A stretch of 64,000 nucleotides of DNA from an uncultured Gammaproteobacteria bacterium (GTDB lineage: Bacteria; Pseudomonadota; Gammaproteobacteria; SZUA-140), in contig CALZHD010000012.1 in the NCBI GenBank assembly GCA_945787155.1, positions 14,402-78,401 of the forward strand, given 5' to 3'. Positions 47,987 to 58,546 of the stretch are shown piece by piece (the first letter of the stretch is position 1; every line of letters begins with the position of its first letter). Made by a program: the position numbers and the translations under genes. The notes beneath the pieces were generated by a model. That model did not search any database, had not been told where the DNA came from, and saw nothing but the letters and a program-made list of their open reading frames with translations.

Positions 47987-48553
47987 CAGAAATCGCTAAG
48001 GACAACAAAGGAAGCCGAAATGTTGTTTGCTAGCACTCTGAAACCTGTCGAAAAATAGATGCTCCGGAGAGCACCAAAGCCAGACAAACATAAGATGTAA
48101 TCCCTGCTCTTCATACCATATTCCCTTGTACTTCCAATCATTTAACTCTTGATGAATAAAGACCAGCGCACTGCAGTACTTTTCCTACAATACGTTCATT
48201 AAATTCACATATTAAGTAGTCAGATGCACGCTATGTAATATTATTTATCGGCGCTAGTGGCAGGCGACTTAAGATTATTTATTATTGTGTATGAGATGAC
48301 ATCCTGATAACGCATGCCTAGACCGAACATAGAGATGATCTTGCGCTCAATCTCATCTGCCAGAGACGTTGCATTTTCCTTGATCAACAGCGGCTCGAAA
48401 GCACCCGCTCAATCAGAGGAAGAGCCTGATTATTAATATTAACTTGATTCTAAACCAGCATGATTATGAGCCCATGCCAGCTTGCTCTCGTTTTAATTTT
48501 ACGTAAAACTTGCCATCCAGATTTTCATTGATCTTATGAAAAGAAACCTAAGG

Positions 48554-49810
48554 TCAATCTTTTGTCTTCACCTCACTCTGACGCACCGGCAGCCAAACCT
48601 TAAACGATGTTCCTTCGCCCTCCTTACTATTCACATCTATGCGACCTCCGTGTTTTTTTACTATACCGTAAGACAGTGACAACCCTAAACCAGTACCTTC
48701 ACCGATCGGTTTGCTTGTATAAAACGGATCAAAGATCTTGCTTAATTGATCCTCTGCTATACCTTTACCTGTGTCGACAAACTCGACCCAGACTTCTTCT
48801 TTCTCCTGTCCGGTGCGGACAATAATCGTACCGCGCTCCTCTATCGCGTGGGCGGCATTCACGAAGAGGTTCAAGAATACTTGATTGAGCTGGGAAGGAA
48901 AGCATTCAACTTCTGGAAGCTCACCATATTGCTTTATCACTTCTGCTTTATATTTAATCTCATTGTTAACGATATTTAAAGTACTACTAATTCCTTTGTG
49001 AAGATCCACCCATTGCCAATCGGGTGTATCAACATGAGAGAAGTCTTTTAAGTCCTTCACAATTTGTTGAACTCGTGTAACACCTTCTTGCGACTCGATT
49101 ATGAGGGATTTAATATCCCCCTTAAGAAACTCGAGGTCTAATTTTTCTTTTATATCCAGGATAATTGTTTTCAAATTGACATCAGAAATTTTAGATTCCG
49201 CTTGTTCATAGGCGTCGACAAGCTCAAATAATCCAGAAATATACTCATCAAGAGTGCCTATATTTGAATATATATAGCCGACCGGGTTGTTAATCTCATG
49301 CGCTACACCGGCAGCAAGCTGGCCGATGGAAGCCATCTTTTCCGATTGAACAAGTTGTTCCTGTGCATCCTGGAGCTCTTTCAATAGAAGTTCTTGTTTT
49401 TCTACAGCACGTTTTTTATCAAATTCTGCATTGTGCAGACGGATTAATTGATTCACGATGCGTGATAGAATTTCTGGTGTTAAATCCTCTTTGGATAAAT
49501 AATCAGAGGCGCCTGTTTTCATCATTTCCACCGCTAGCCGCATATCGCTTTGCCCTGTAAGCATCACGATCGGACTATCAACCCCAGCGGCTCGTAAAGT
49601 GCGAAGTACTTCCAGACCATTGTTATCCGGCAACTGATAGTCCAGAAAAATACAATCAAAATATTGTTGTTGAGAGACTTCGACCCCTTCCTCGCCGCTC
49701 GTCACTTCGCAAACTTCAGTTTCTATCTCAGACTTTTTCAGCGCACGCATTAACGTCATTCGGTCGACGTCGTCATCATCAATGATTAAAATATTAGTGG
49801 GTTCGAACAT
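48554..49810 (-). CDS. Hybrid receiver-histidine kinase
   Basis: REC (FLDYQLPD), EKMASIGQLAAGVAHEINNP, NLFVNA, DTGKG, GTGLGL. Confidence 0.92.
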   Translation of the reverse strand: MFEPTNILIIDDDDVDRMTLMRALKKSEIETEVCEVTSGEEGVEVSQQQYFDCIFLDYQLPDNNGLEVLRTLRAAGVDSPIVMLTGQSDMRLAVEMMKTGASDYLSKEDLTPEILSRIVNQLIRLHNAEFDKKRAVEKQELLLKELQDAQEQLVQSEKMASIGQLAAGVAHEINNPVGYIYSNIGTLDEYISGLFELVDAYEQAESKISDVNLKTIILDIKEKLDLEFLKGDIKSLIIESQEGVTRVQQIVKDLKDFSHVDTPDWQWVDLHKGISSTLNIVNNEIKYKAEVIKQYGELPEVECFPSQLNQVFLNLFVNAAHAIEERGTIIVRTGQEKEEVWVEFVDTGKGIAEDQLSKIFDPFYTSKPIGEGTGLGLSLSYGIVKKHGGRIDVNSKEGEGTSFKVWLPVRQSEVKTKD

Positions 49811-49992
49811 GAGTTATTTCTACCAAAATAATTTTTACCCGACAGTCTGTTCCGCAGTTTACTCAAGCCCGCTTTTACCCGGCCGCCGACTTCAGTCACC
49901 GTGAGTTGTATGCCGTGCGCCTTAAGAAGACGGCGCACACTCATGCGATCCACGTCATCGTTATCAATAAGCAGCATATTGATTTTTTCCAT
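49786..49992 (-). pseudogene. Truncated receiver-domain fragment
   Basis: INMLLIDNDDVDRMSVRRLL...LTVTEV resembles the next gene's TNILIIDDDDVDRMTLMRAL...TEVCEV. Similarity stops after about 36 aa, before the phospho-Asp. Confidence 0.7.
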
Positions 49993-50014
49993 TTTGGAGC
50001 TGGCAATCGCTGCC

Positions 50015-50440
50015 TTAGGGCATCTCCATTAGATTCCAGTACATGTCCAGGGTAGTCACCGCTTCGATAAATTTTTCCGGCTGAACGGGTTTCAAGACAT
50101 AACCAGCTACATTCAGGTCGTAGGCTGCGACCTTGTCACGATCTTCATCAGAGGTGGTTAGAACGACTACGCTAATACCCTTCAAGTCTGGATCCGCCCG
50201 TAACGCTTGCAGAAATTCGATTCCGTTCATCTTAGGCATATTGATATCCAATAAAATTATCTTGGGCGTTGGAATAGTCTTTTCGACGCCCTCGCCGCGC
50301 AACATCGCCAGCGCCTCAAGGCCGTTCTCGGCGCGATAAAGCGGGTTAGTTATCTTGACCTTTTTGAATGCCCTCTGGACATTCACGGCATCAATTTCAT
50401 CATCTTCTACTAATAGAATAGTCACGCTTTTGTCCATCAT
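50015..50440 (-). CDS. Single-domain response regulator (Rcp1-like)
   Basis: ILLVEDDEIDA, ILLDINMPKMNG, VVVLTTSDEDRD, GYVLKPV. Confidence 0.92.
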   Translation of the reverse strand: MMDKSVTILLVEDDEIDAVNVQRAFKKVKITNPLYRAENGLEALAMLRGEGVEKTIPTPKIILLDINMPKMNGIEFLQALRADPDLKGISVVVLTTSDEDRDKVAAYDLNVAGYVLKPVQPEKFIEAVTTLDMYWNLMEMP

Positions 50441-52590
50441 GCTGCTTCGTTCTCCGTTATGTACTTGGGCCAGGTAAAACTAAAACACGCGCCCTCTCCT
50501 TCTTCTGACTCCAGAATGATCTCGCCACCATTCTCTTCGACAATCCTTTTAACCAACGTTAGCCCAACCCCCGTGCTTTCAACCTTGTCACGTGCGTTCA
50601 GCGTCTTAAAAATTTCGAATACCTTGCCATGATCCGCGGGCGCTATTCCAGGACCATTATCATGAACGTTAAATTGATAAAACTTACCCATATCTGTCAC
50701 GCTCACATCCGCCTCACCGCCTTCTTCGCGACGGTATTTAATAGCGTTGCTAATGAGGTTGGCAAAGACCTGACTCAAGCGCACCTTATTGGCAGGCACG
50801 GCAGGCATATTGTCAGCGATGCTAATAGAAAATCCCTCGGGTACCGGCATTGAGTCAACGACATCACCCAGCAACTGCTGAACATTGACTTCCTGGACAT
50901 CTTCCTCGACACGGCCAATGCGAGAGAACTCAAGCATTCCATTGATCAACCCTTCCATGCGCAGCACTCGCGCACGCATCAAGTTAAGATTGTTTCTACT
51001 ATCTTCATCAATCTTATCTTCGTTGTCTTCTTCTATCCATTGGGCAAGATTAGAAATGGCGCGCAATGGCGCTTTCAAATCATGAGACACTACGTAAGCA
51101 AACTGGTCCAGCTCCTTATTAGACTTTTCCAACTCTCGGTTTTTCTCGAGCAAAGTCGCCTCTGCCAGCATAAGAGCGCTGATATCTTTGACCAAACATA
51201 CAGCCCCTATAAGATTACCCCCATCATCGTGAAGCAGCGCTCGTGATAAATACACCGATAACCTTGTTCCATCCCTGGCGACTAAGGATGTCTCACGGCT
51301 ATAATTTTGCTGCTGGTAGTCAGCGCTTAAATCCCGGATATCGTCAACAATGCTTTCATCCATAAAATCTGACAATTGCTTGCTCTGAAATTCTTCGTCG
51401 CTATAGCCCAACATGGTTGATGCCGCTTGATTAACTCGCGTGATATCACCATTCTCGTTAAGTACGAATAAGGCATCACCCATCGATGCCAGGATTTTCT
51501 CCACATAGTTCTTAGAAACGGTGGTCTTACTCAACGCCTTACCCATACCATTAAATGTAGTAGCCAGCACCCCAAGCTCATCTTTACTCTTTATATCCAC
51601 GCGTGCATCAAGATTGCCGCGCCCCATATTTTCAGCCGCTTTTTTCAGCGCCTCGATAGGTCGAGATAACCCCGCCGCCAGGGTGCTACCTATAAAGATT
51701 ACGATGATGAGTGCAAAACCAGACATCATCGCGGTCGAACCTCTGGCATTGGCAAGATCTTTATGTATCTGGGGCGCTTCTTCAGTGATGATCAGCGCTC
51801 CGAAAAATTTTCCCGCTAACGACATTAAAGGGCTAGCCACAACAACATGATGAACTCCATGCAATATCTCCCGCCTGACCAGGTAGGCATCAGACCCACA
51901 ATTTATGTCGATCTCATGCTTACATTTCTCCGCCAATTGGCTCGAAAATTGCCGCCCCCACTCATACTCGATATCGTGGTCATTTGCAGCAGTGAGCACA
52001 CCTGAGTCAGCATCAAACAGAGACACAGTTACATTGAGGCTGAGTTGTTGCAGGAACTTCTTATCCAACACATAGGCGCCATGCATGTAACCTATAGGAA
52101 CTTTCTTGCGTGTAATGAGCGAAGCTTTGTGTATCTCGTATTCCTGCATATCTGAATTAAACCAAAGCACGGCCGTCTTCGGCATGCCTTCAGTTTTATG
52201 CATGCTGTGAGCGCTATACGGAGAGTCTTTATTCAGGGTCGAGAAGACTAACTTACCATTCAAGTCAATCACTTCGAGATACGATAAGCCCACCTTCGTT
52301 CGCGCCTCTGGCAATATACGTGCTAAATCCTGTACGCTCTCCAGTTCAGCCGCATAGTAACTGGCTTTAATTAAAGCGGAATCATTGGCTAAAAAATGGA
52401 TATAATTTTCGGCGGAAGCAGTCAACCTCTCGATCTCGCTCTGCACCACATCTAAGCGAGACTTATTATTGTCTTCGTATGACTTAAGAATCGCCTCTGA
52501 CATCTTGGCGTCGTGCATGTAGCTAATAAAAGCCAATGGTACCAGCACCACTAATAAGAATGCCGCAATTAGCTTATATCTAATTTTCAT
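50437..52590 (-). CDS. Membrane sensor histidine kinase (Cache-like, HAMP, PAS, HisKA)
   Basis: Two TM segments, DELGVLATTFN, FAYVVSHDLKAPLRAI, NLISNA, DNGPG, GVGL. Confidence 0.92.
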   Translation of the reverse strand: MKIRYKLIAAFLLVVLVPLAFISYMHDAKMSEAILKSYEDNNKSRLDVVQSEIERLTASAENYIHFLANDSALIKASYYAAELESVQDLARILPEARTKVGLSYLEVIDLNGKLVFSTLNKDSPYSAHSMHKTEGMPKTAVLWFNSDMQEYEIHKASLITRKKVPIGYMHGAYVLDKKFLQQLSLNVTVSLFDADSGVLTAANDHDIEYEWGRQFSSQLAEKCKHEIDINCGSDAYLVRREILHGVHHVVVASPLMSLAGKFFGALIITEEAPQIHKDLANARGSTAMMSGFALIIVIFIGSTLAAGLSRPIEALKKAAENMGRGNLDARVDIKSKDELGVLATTFNGMGKALSKTTVSKNYVEKILASMGDALFVLNENGDITRVNQAASTMLGYSDEEFQSKQLSDFMDESIVDDIRDLSADYQQQNYSRETSLVARDGTRLSVYLSRALLHDDGGNLIGAVCLVKDISALMLAEATLLEKNRELEKSNKELDQFAYVVSHDLKAPLRAISNLAQWIEEDNEDKIDEDSRNNLNLMRARVLRMEGLINGMLEFSRIGRVEEDVQEVNVQQLLGDVVDSMPVPEGFSISIADNMPAVPANKVRLSQVFANLISNAIKYRREEGGEADVSVTDMGKFYQFNVHDNGPGIAPADHGKVFEIFKTLNARDKVESTGVGLTLVKRIVEENGGEIILESEEGEGACFSFTWPKYITENEAA

Positions 52591-52632
52591 CTACTTCGTT
52601 TCGAATATGAACATAAATTAATCACTTATGTT

Positions 52633-53574
52633 TTATTCAAAGTCGATAAAGCCAGCATTCTTTGCCGCGGCTTCCATCTCGCGAATGTCGTCATAATTGC
52701 TATCATCTGGTGCTGTAAACTGTTTCATTAATGCTTTATCAAGTACGGCTCGACCTTCTACGCTTTGATGCATGATAAGTAGCTCCCCCTGTAGTGCCTT
52801 TCGGATGCCAGGGTCCGCTTTGCTGCTGATCACAACAGGCGGTATACCTGCTCCGCCGGGATGAAGGTGCTCGATTATCTTGACGTTCAGGGCGTCTAAG
52901 TCACCAAGACTCCGATCGTAGTCGAGTACCAGTGAATCCACTGAGCTTGCATCTACGATTCCGCGGGCAACGAGACGTATGGACTCCTCGTGGGAACCGG
53001 AGACAACCACCTTCGAAAAATAGTCCTGCCAGCTTTTCGCGCCCAACTGGACTAATTTATAGCGCGGCATGTTGTATCCGGAGTTGCTTGCCATGTCGTT
53101 AAAAGAATAAGTCTTGCCCTTAAGGTCAGACCAATTACTGATGTCAGAATCCTTGCGGACAATGGTGTAGGAATAATACTTACCTGGGACATCTTCGTAA
53201 CCCTTTGCATCGGGAAAGCGCTCAGCGCTCATCGCCATCACAGGGATTGCCAGCAGCTCGTATTTACCCTCTGCATATTTGTGCACATAAGGCAAACCAC
53301 AAACATAGCCGACCTGTATAATGCCCGAATCCAGCATTTCATCAGATTCGTCATAACTTAGCCCCGAGACCACAGACATATCCCAACCTAATCGCTTGCC
53401 AAGATAATCTGCAATTTCTTTGTAGATTGGCATTCCTTTGTCCGATACGAAGGCGGCGGTCACCACCATCTTTACTTGCTTTGGTTCAGCCTTCGCGATT
53501 GCTCCGCAAGCAAAAAAAGTTAACAAAATAGCAAAAAAACCTGTGAAAATTTTGCGCTGCTTTAAATAAACCAT
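52633..53574 (-). CDS. PhnD-family periplasmic substrate-binding protein
   Basis: Signal peptide, VGYVCGLPYV, YYSYTIVRKDS, DLKGKTYSFND...SNSGY, GSHEESI, ASSVDSLV. Confidence 0.82.
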   Translation of the reverse strand: MVYLKQRKIFTGFFAILLTFFACGAIAKAEPKQVKMVVTAAFVSDKGMPIYKEIADYLGKRLGWDMSVVSGLSYDESDEMLDSGIIQVGYVCGLPYVHKYAEGKYELLAIPVMAMSAERFPDAKGYEDVPGKYYSYTIVRKDSDISNWSDLKGKTYSFNDMASNSGYNMPRYKLVQLGAKSWQDYFSKVVVSGSHEESIRLVARGIVDASSVDSLVLDYDRSLGDLDALNVKIIEHLHPGGAGIPPVVISSKADPGIRKALQGELLIMHQSVEGRAVLDKALMKQFTAPDDSNYDDIREMEAAAKNAGFIDFE

Positions 53575-53835
53575 GTCATTACCCTTATTAAACCTGATGA
53601 CTCAAATCCGGTATCGTCCTGCGTCGGTAATTCTTTAACTATCGGACACAGGCCTTTCCCATCAACCAAAAGGGTAATAATCGCAGCAATATCATGCCGT
53701 TAAACTTTCTAACTGCGAAGTTTCGGTGCTTGAAGGTATGCGCTTGATAGTTTGCGGAAAGCCCGTCAGCCGATCGACGACAGAAATCTATCTCTCTTCA
53801 AGGAATATGAGAACGGTTACGGTTAACGCTAAAAT

Positions 53836-55581
53836 TCAGAGATACATCGGGGCAAGGAGTGGCTGGGCGCTGCCAGATTCAGGCTTCTGCTGAGACAATT
53901 CACGCTCAAATGCCTCCCACATCACAGCACCATCCCAGCCACCTGCTCCCATGGCAGTAACTCGGCTATAGAGCCGTTGGTTCAAACCGGTTATCTCAAC
54001 ACGTAGCGGCTCGCTAACACGTTGCGCAAGCTTGCCCAGTGAACCTGGCGGGTGAGTGGGCCAACAGACGGCGCCCCAGCCCAATAGCGCCTCTTTTGCA
54101 GCGGAGGCATCATTGCCAAGACACGCTGCGCGCACCATTTTTTTAGCTGCGCTGAAATCAACCGCCTGTGGTTGCAATCCAGACACATCCTTGAGATCAA
54201 CAGCACGACGTGACACCTGCCACGCAATCACCGTCAGCAACCACCCCAACCCCAGCAACACACTCGCAATGCGCCAGGTATAGTCATTATCATTCAGCGA
54301 TGAAGTCATCATCGCCGCAGGTGCTAGCGCCGTCATACCCTGCCCTTCGGACACAGGACCCGCTATCTCTGCACCACTATTCGACTGCGCAGCCGCTGCC
54401 ACCCGCAGCGTACGTGCCGGCAGACGCGCCACCTCACGCTGGCCACTTTTGCTGTTCCACCACGGAACTTCAATCGCTGGCAGTCGATATTCACCGGCCT
54501 GCGTTGGGATGAGTGCGATCTTCTCCTGACGCACTCCGATCAATGTCTCCTGTTTTTTATCATTCAACTGCTTCGCCTGATCGGGATAGGCCTTTACTCC
54601 ATCCGGCATCGAAGGCGTTAATGTCGGCAGTTGTGCAGCTGTCAATCCATCGGCGATCAATGTCAATGTCCACGTTAGCGGTTCTCCAGCAGTCACTGCC
54701 TGAGTAAGGTCTACTCCCGCTGGCCACTCCTCGATCAGTTTCACTTCACGTGCAGGCAACCACTGCTGCGGGTCTTCGCCGGCAGGTACCCCCTTCACAT
54801 CGAGTGTTACCTCCGAGGAATGCACCCTCTGAATCGGCCCACCCTGTTCAAACACATCGAACATGCCGCGCGTACGATTGACCACCTGCCCCTCAAAGGT
54901 CAGCGGTGCAATCGTGAATCGTCCACTCTGCTGCGGAAAGATCGCATAACTACGCTCCAGCACCACATAACGACGCCCGTCACGCGTGGTCTCGAATTCA
55001 CGATCTTCACCCAGCTTCTCTATCACCGCATCGGTATCACTGATCACCGGCTCCGACAACCGTGCATTGGCGACATTAACCGCGCGAAACAGACGCGCTT
55101 TATAAATCACCTGTGACTGGACATAGGCAGTACCAGCCTCGCTGCTGGACTCGGCACTGACTTCAATAAAGAGCATCGTATTACTGGCCGCGGTCGTCGG
55201 TGCAGCCGCCTCAGTGACACCAATCACCAACGACTGGCTTTTATCTTTGCCAAACAAAACTTGTGGCACCACCAGGCGCCCACTACGCTTCGGCATCAAC
55301 ACCACTGTCCACTGACGAGACTGCGACACCTGCCCGTTTACGATCTGCATTGTTGTCCCCTGGCTCTGATGCATAATCTCGAACGCCTGCTCCAGTACCT
55401 TGAAATCAGGATCACCATCAACCGCGCCATCGGCCTCAAAGGTCAAACGGAACGACTCGTTCATCGCCACCGGATTGCGATCACTCTGCACCTTGATTGT
55501 TGCCGCCGACACTGGCGGTGAGAACAGCAACATCATCCCGCACAACCACCACAACATCACTCTGTTTTCAAACATCACCAT
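53836..55581 (-). CDS. batD: BatD-family protein
   Basis: QSDRNPVAMNESF, AYVQSQV, YAIFPQQSG, WLPA, AGEPLTWTL, KAYPDQ, YRLPAIEVPWWN. Confidence 0.88.
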   Translation of the reverse strand: MVMFENRVMLWWLCGMMLLFSPPVSAATIKVQSDRNPVAMNESFRLTFEADGAVDGDPDFKVLEQAFEIMHQSQGTTMQIVNGQVSQSRQWTVVLMPKRSGRLVVPQVLFGKDKSQSLVIGVTEAAAPTTAASNTMLFIEVSAESSSEAGTAYVQSQVIYKARLFRAVNVANARLSEPVISDTDAVIEKLGEDREFETTRDGRRYVVLERSYAIFPQQSGRFTIAPLTFEGQVVNRTRGMFDVFEQGGPIQRVHSSEVTLDVKGVPAGEDPQQWLPAREVKLIEEWPAGVDLTQAVTAGEPLTWTLTLIADGLTAAQLPTLTPSMPDGVKAYPDQAKQLNDKKQETLIGVRQEKIALIPTQAGEYRLPAIEVPWWNSKSGQREVARLPARTLRVAAAAQSNSGAEIAGPVSEGQGMTALAPAAMMTSSLNDNDYTWRIASVLLGLGWLLTVIAWQVSRRAVDLKDVSGLQPQAVDFSAAKKMVRAACLGNDASAAKEALLGWGAVCWPTHPPGSLGKLAQRVSEPLRVEITGLNQRLYSRVTAMGAGGWDGAVMWEAFERELSQQKPESGSAQPLLAPMYL

Positions 55582-57539
55582 GACTCATCCTCAATACGCG
55601 GCTGGCCACCACTGCGGTTTTTCGCGCGTTGCGATTGATACTGAAATTTGCGCCGTAACAGACCACCGGGATCATCGGGAATGCGACGCAACCACTGATC
55701 ATTGGCCTGCTGAATCTCGGCCTGCGCCTCACTCAACTCACTGGCGCTGGCGGCAGCCGCCTCATCTGATTGAGCCTCACCCTCGTCCGCAGCCGACTGC
55801 GCCGCCTCCTGCGCCTCATCACCAGACTCATCGCTACCCTCGGACATCTGACGATCCTGATCATCATTAGACTCATCTTGCTGATCGCCATTTTCACCCT
55901 GCGATGACTGCGACGGCTGAGGCTCATCTTCCGTGTCTCCAGTAGCAGATGAAGAAGCCTCATTCGTCTGAGGCTCATTCGACTGGGCATCATCTGACTC
56001 ACCCGACTGAGGCTGCCCCTGTTGCGAATCACCTTGCTGCGCTTCACCCTGTTGTGACGGCTCGCCCTCATCCCCATCCGAATCGGATGAATCAGGTGAA
56101 TCGGATTGCGCATTATCAGATTGCTGCTGCAACTGCTGCTGCACCAGCTCACGGTTGTATTTTGCATCTTCATGTTGCGGCTGCAGGCTTAGCACCTGAT
56201 CATAGGCATCGATTGCTGCCTGCCACTGCTTTAACTGCGCATATGCATTGCCCTTATTATAAAGTGCCTCTGCATTCTCGATGCCATCCAGCGCATCAAT
56301 GGTTTGTTGATAATCACCCTTGCGATAGTTCGCCGCGGCTTGCCACTCTTTATTATTAAACAACGCTGCCGCCTGTGTCACATCATCGTTTTCAAACGCG
56401 CGTGCGGCGCGCTGATCAGGGGTCGACCAGAGATCATCCCACCACGACGCACTGTTCTCCGCCGCTTGTGCACTCCCGGGCGACACTATCATCAATGGCG
56501 ACACCACCAGACAGACTAGCAACAGATGTCCACGACGAAAGGCTATCAGCACCAGCGGCAATAACAGCAACAGCAACCACGGCCCCTCTTCTCGCCATTG
56601 ATCGGCCTTAAATCCTTGCGATGCCTCCAGCGCCACCTCACTCTCAGGCGATGTCCCCGCCAGCAGTGACGTAATATCACGATCATCCACCCGCATCGAC
56701 TGATAATGACCGCCACCCTGTTGCGCCAGCTCACGCAGTGCCGCCTCATCCAGCCGCGGAATCACGATCGCGCCACTACGATCCTTTAAAAAGCCGCCAT
56801 CAGGCAGCACAATCGGTGCACCTGCGGCATCACCAACCCCAAGTATCGACAATCGATAACCCGTCTGTTTCAGTATCTCGATAGAGCTTTGCAGTGCATC
56901 TGCAGGGACCTTCTCAAGGCCGTCAGAAATCAATAGCAGATCACCACGCGCTGCGCCTGCCTGTACTAATAACTGCTGTGCCATATCGATCGCCAGATCC
57001 GGACGACTCCCCTGCTGCGGCATCAATGTTGTCTCCAGCGAACCGACCTGCGCCACGATGGTCTCGGCATCTTCGGTCAAAGGCGAAACGATAAACGCAT
57101 CTGCAGCATAAACAATCAACGCCGACTGCCCCTCTTTACGCTGCTTAAGGATATCGATCAACTTGAGCCGTGCGCGCGTCAGTCGCGTCGGTCGTACATC
57201 GGTAGCATCCATTGAGCGAGACAGATCCAGCAACAACACCAGTGCCGACTGGTCACGAAAGACGGGCTGCTCCAGCTGTTTCCATGCCGGCCCAGCCAGC
57301 GCGATGATCGCTAGCAAACCTACCAGCCCAACCAGCAACAACATCCCTCGTCGCTGACCAGCACCGCTTTCACTGATCAACAGATGAGGCAACAACGCTG
57401 CATCACAGACCGCTTGCCAACGACGACTCTGCAATCGAATACGTCGCAGATACCACAGTATTAATAGCAGCAACGGCAACAACAACCACCACCACGGACG
57501 CAGAAAATGAAACCCCTGGATCATCTCATCAAGATTCAT
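55575..57539 (-). CDS. batB: VWA + TPR protein (BatB/BatC-like) with a Q/S/D/E-rich linker
   Basis: FHFLRPWW, LAGPAW, DLSRSM, YAADAFIVSPLTED, TPR (YNKGNAYAQ), terminal WLRRIPDDPGGLLRRKF. Confidence 0.88.
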   Translation of the reverse strand: MNLDEMIQGFHFLRPWWWLLLPLLLLILWYLRRIRLQSRRWQAVCDAALLPHLLISESGAGQRRGMLLLVGLVGLLAIIALAGPAWKQLEQPVFRDQSALVLLLDLSRSMDATDVRPTRLTRARLKLIDILKQRKEGQSALIVYAADAFIVSPLTEDAETIVAQVGSLETTLMPQQGSRPDLAIDMAQQLLVQAGAARGDLLLISDGLEKVPADALQSSIEILKQTGYRLSILGVGDAAGAPIVLPDGGFLKDRSGAIVIPRLDEAALRELAQQGGGHYQSMRVDDRDITSLLAGTSPESEVALEASQGFKADQWREEGPWLLLLLLPLVLIAFRRGHLLLVCLVVSPLMIVSPGSAQAAENSASWWDDLWSTPDQRAARAFENDDVTQAAALFNNKEWQAAANYRKGDYQQTIDALDGIENAEALYNKGNAYAQLKQWQAAIDAYDQVLSLQPQHEDAKYNRELVQQQLQQQSDNAQSDSPDSSDSDGDEGEPSQQGEAQQGDSQQGQPQSGESDDAQSNEPQTNEASSSATGDTEDEPQPSQSSQGENGDQQDESNDDQDRQMSEGSDESGDEAQEAAQSAADEGEAQSDEAAAASASELSEAQAEIQQANDQWLRRIPDDPGGLLRRKFQYQSQRAKNRSGGQPRIEDESW

Positions 57540-58546
57540 GTTGCCCTCTGCACACGAACCTGACGCAACAACAGTAGCGATGTAATCAGCATCGCGGACG
57601 CCAATGGCCACGGATAGAGTGAGCGACGTGGACGAAAAAATTGTTTCTCCTGCTCCACCGGCTCCAGCTCATCAAGCAGTTGATAGATCTTTTCCAGCTG
57701 TTGTAGATCACGTGCGCGAAAATAACGCCCACCGCTGGTGGTAGCAATAGCAGTCAGGGTCTCTTCATCAAGGTCGGTCGATGGGTTAACGCGACGTGTA
57801 CCAAATAGCGAACGTACCAACATCTCATCGGCACCGATGCCGACGGTATAGATTTTCAGCCCTTCACTGGCGGCCAACTCTGCCGCTTTTAGTGGCTCGA
57901 TCTCACCCGCAGTATTAGCGCCGTCAGTCAGTAAAATAAGCACCCGGCTGGCACTGCTATCTTCGCGTAGTCGTTTAACCGCCAGACCAATGGCGTCCCC
58001 GATCGCCGTCTCCTGCCCGGCAAGGCCGATCACCGCCTCATCGAGCAATGTCTTGACCGTGGTGCGATCAAAGGTCAGTGGTGTTTGCAGATAGGCCTGT
58101 CGTCCAAACAGGATCAGCCCGACACGATCGCCAATACGGCGTTCGATAAACTCACCCGCCACCAGCTGCGTCGCCACCAGGCGATTGACCATACGCCCTT
58201 TCCACTCGAAATCTTCAACCTCCATACTGCCGGAGAGATCGACGGCCAGCATCAGGTCGCGACCACTGACGGGCAACTCAACCGCTTCGCCCTGCCACTG
58301 TGGACGCGCGCAGGCAATCACCAGCAACGCCCAGGCCAGCAAGGCGAACCATAATACCCAGCGGACACCCGCAAGCGTGTGAGATGTTGCAGTGCCGGGC
58401 GCGCTAAAGTCCTCAAGAAACGGTACTCGCAGCACTGCATCATTGACACTCGCCGCCGGCGGCACCAGCCAACGCACCAACAGCGGCAACGGCAATAACA
58501 ACAGCAGCCATGGCCATTCGAATTGCAGCGCGAGATCGCTCATCAT
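57536..58546 (-). CDS. batA: VWA domain protein (BatA-like)
   Basis: ARPQW, DLMLAVDLSGSM, DRVGLILFG, TAIGDAIGLA, LLTDGAN, GGRYFRARD. Confidence 0.9.
   Translation of the reverse strand: MMSDLALQFEWPWLLLLLPLPLLVRWLVPPAASVNDAVLRVPFLEDFSAPGTATSHTLAGVRWVLWFALLAWALLVIACARPQWQGEAVELPVSGRDLMLAVDLSGSMEVEDFEWKGRMVNRLVATQLVAGEFIERRIGDRVGLILFGRQAYLQTPLTFDRTTVKTLLDEAVIGLAGQETAIGDAIGLAVKRLREDSSASRVLILLTDGANTAGEIEPLKAAELAASEGLKIYTVGIGADEMLVRSLFGTRRVNPSTDLDEETLTAIATTSGGRYFRARDLQQLEKIYQLLDELEPVEQEKQFFRPRRSLYPWPLASAMLITSLLLLRQVRVQRAT

Noticed and set aside
47990-48550. Possible gene remnant or sRNA in the 560-bp gap of the signalling cluster
   Set aside because: Only short open stretches with no recognisable motif, and no promoter-terminator pair that I could support.
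55740-56160. Q/S/D/E-rich low-complexity stretch as a novel repeat protein
   Set aside because: Ordinary disordered linker of BatB/BatC-type VWA-TPR proteins.
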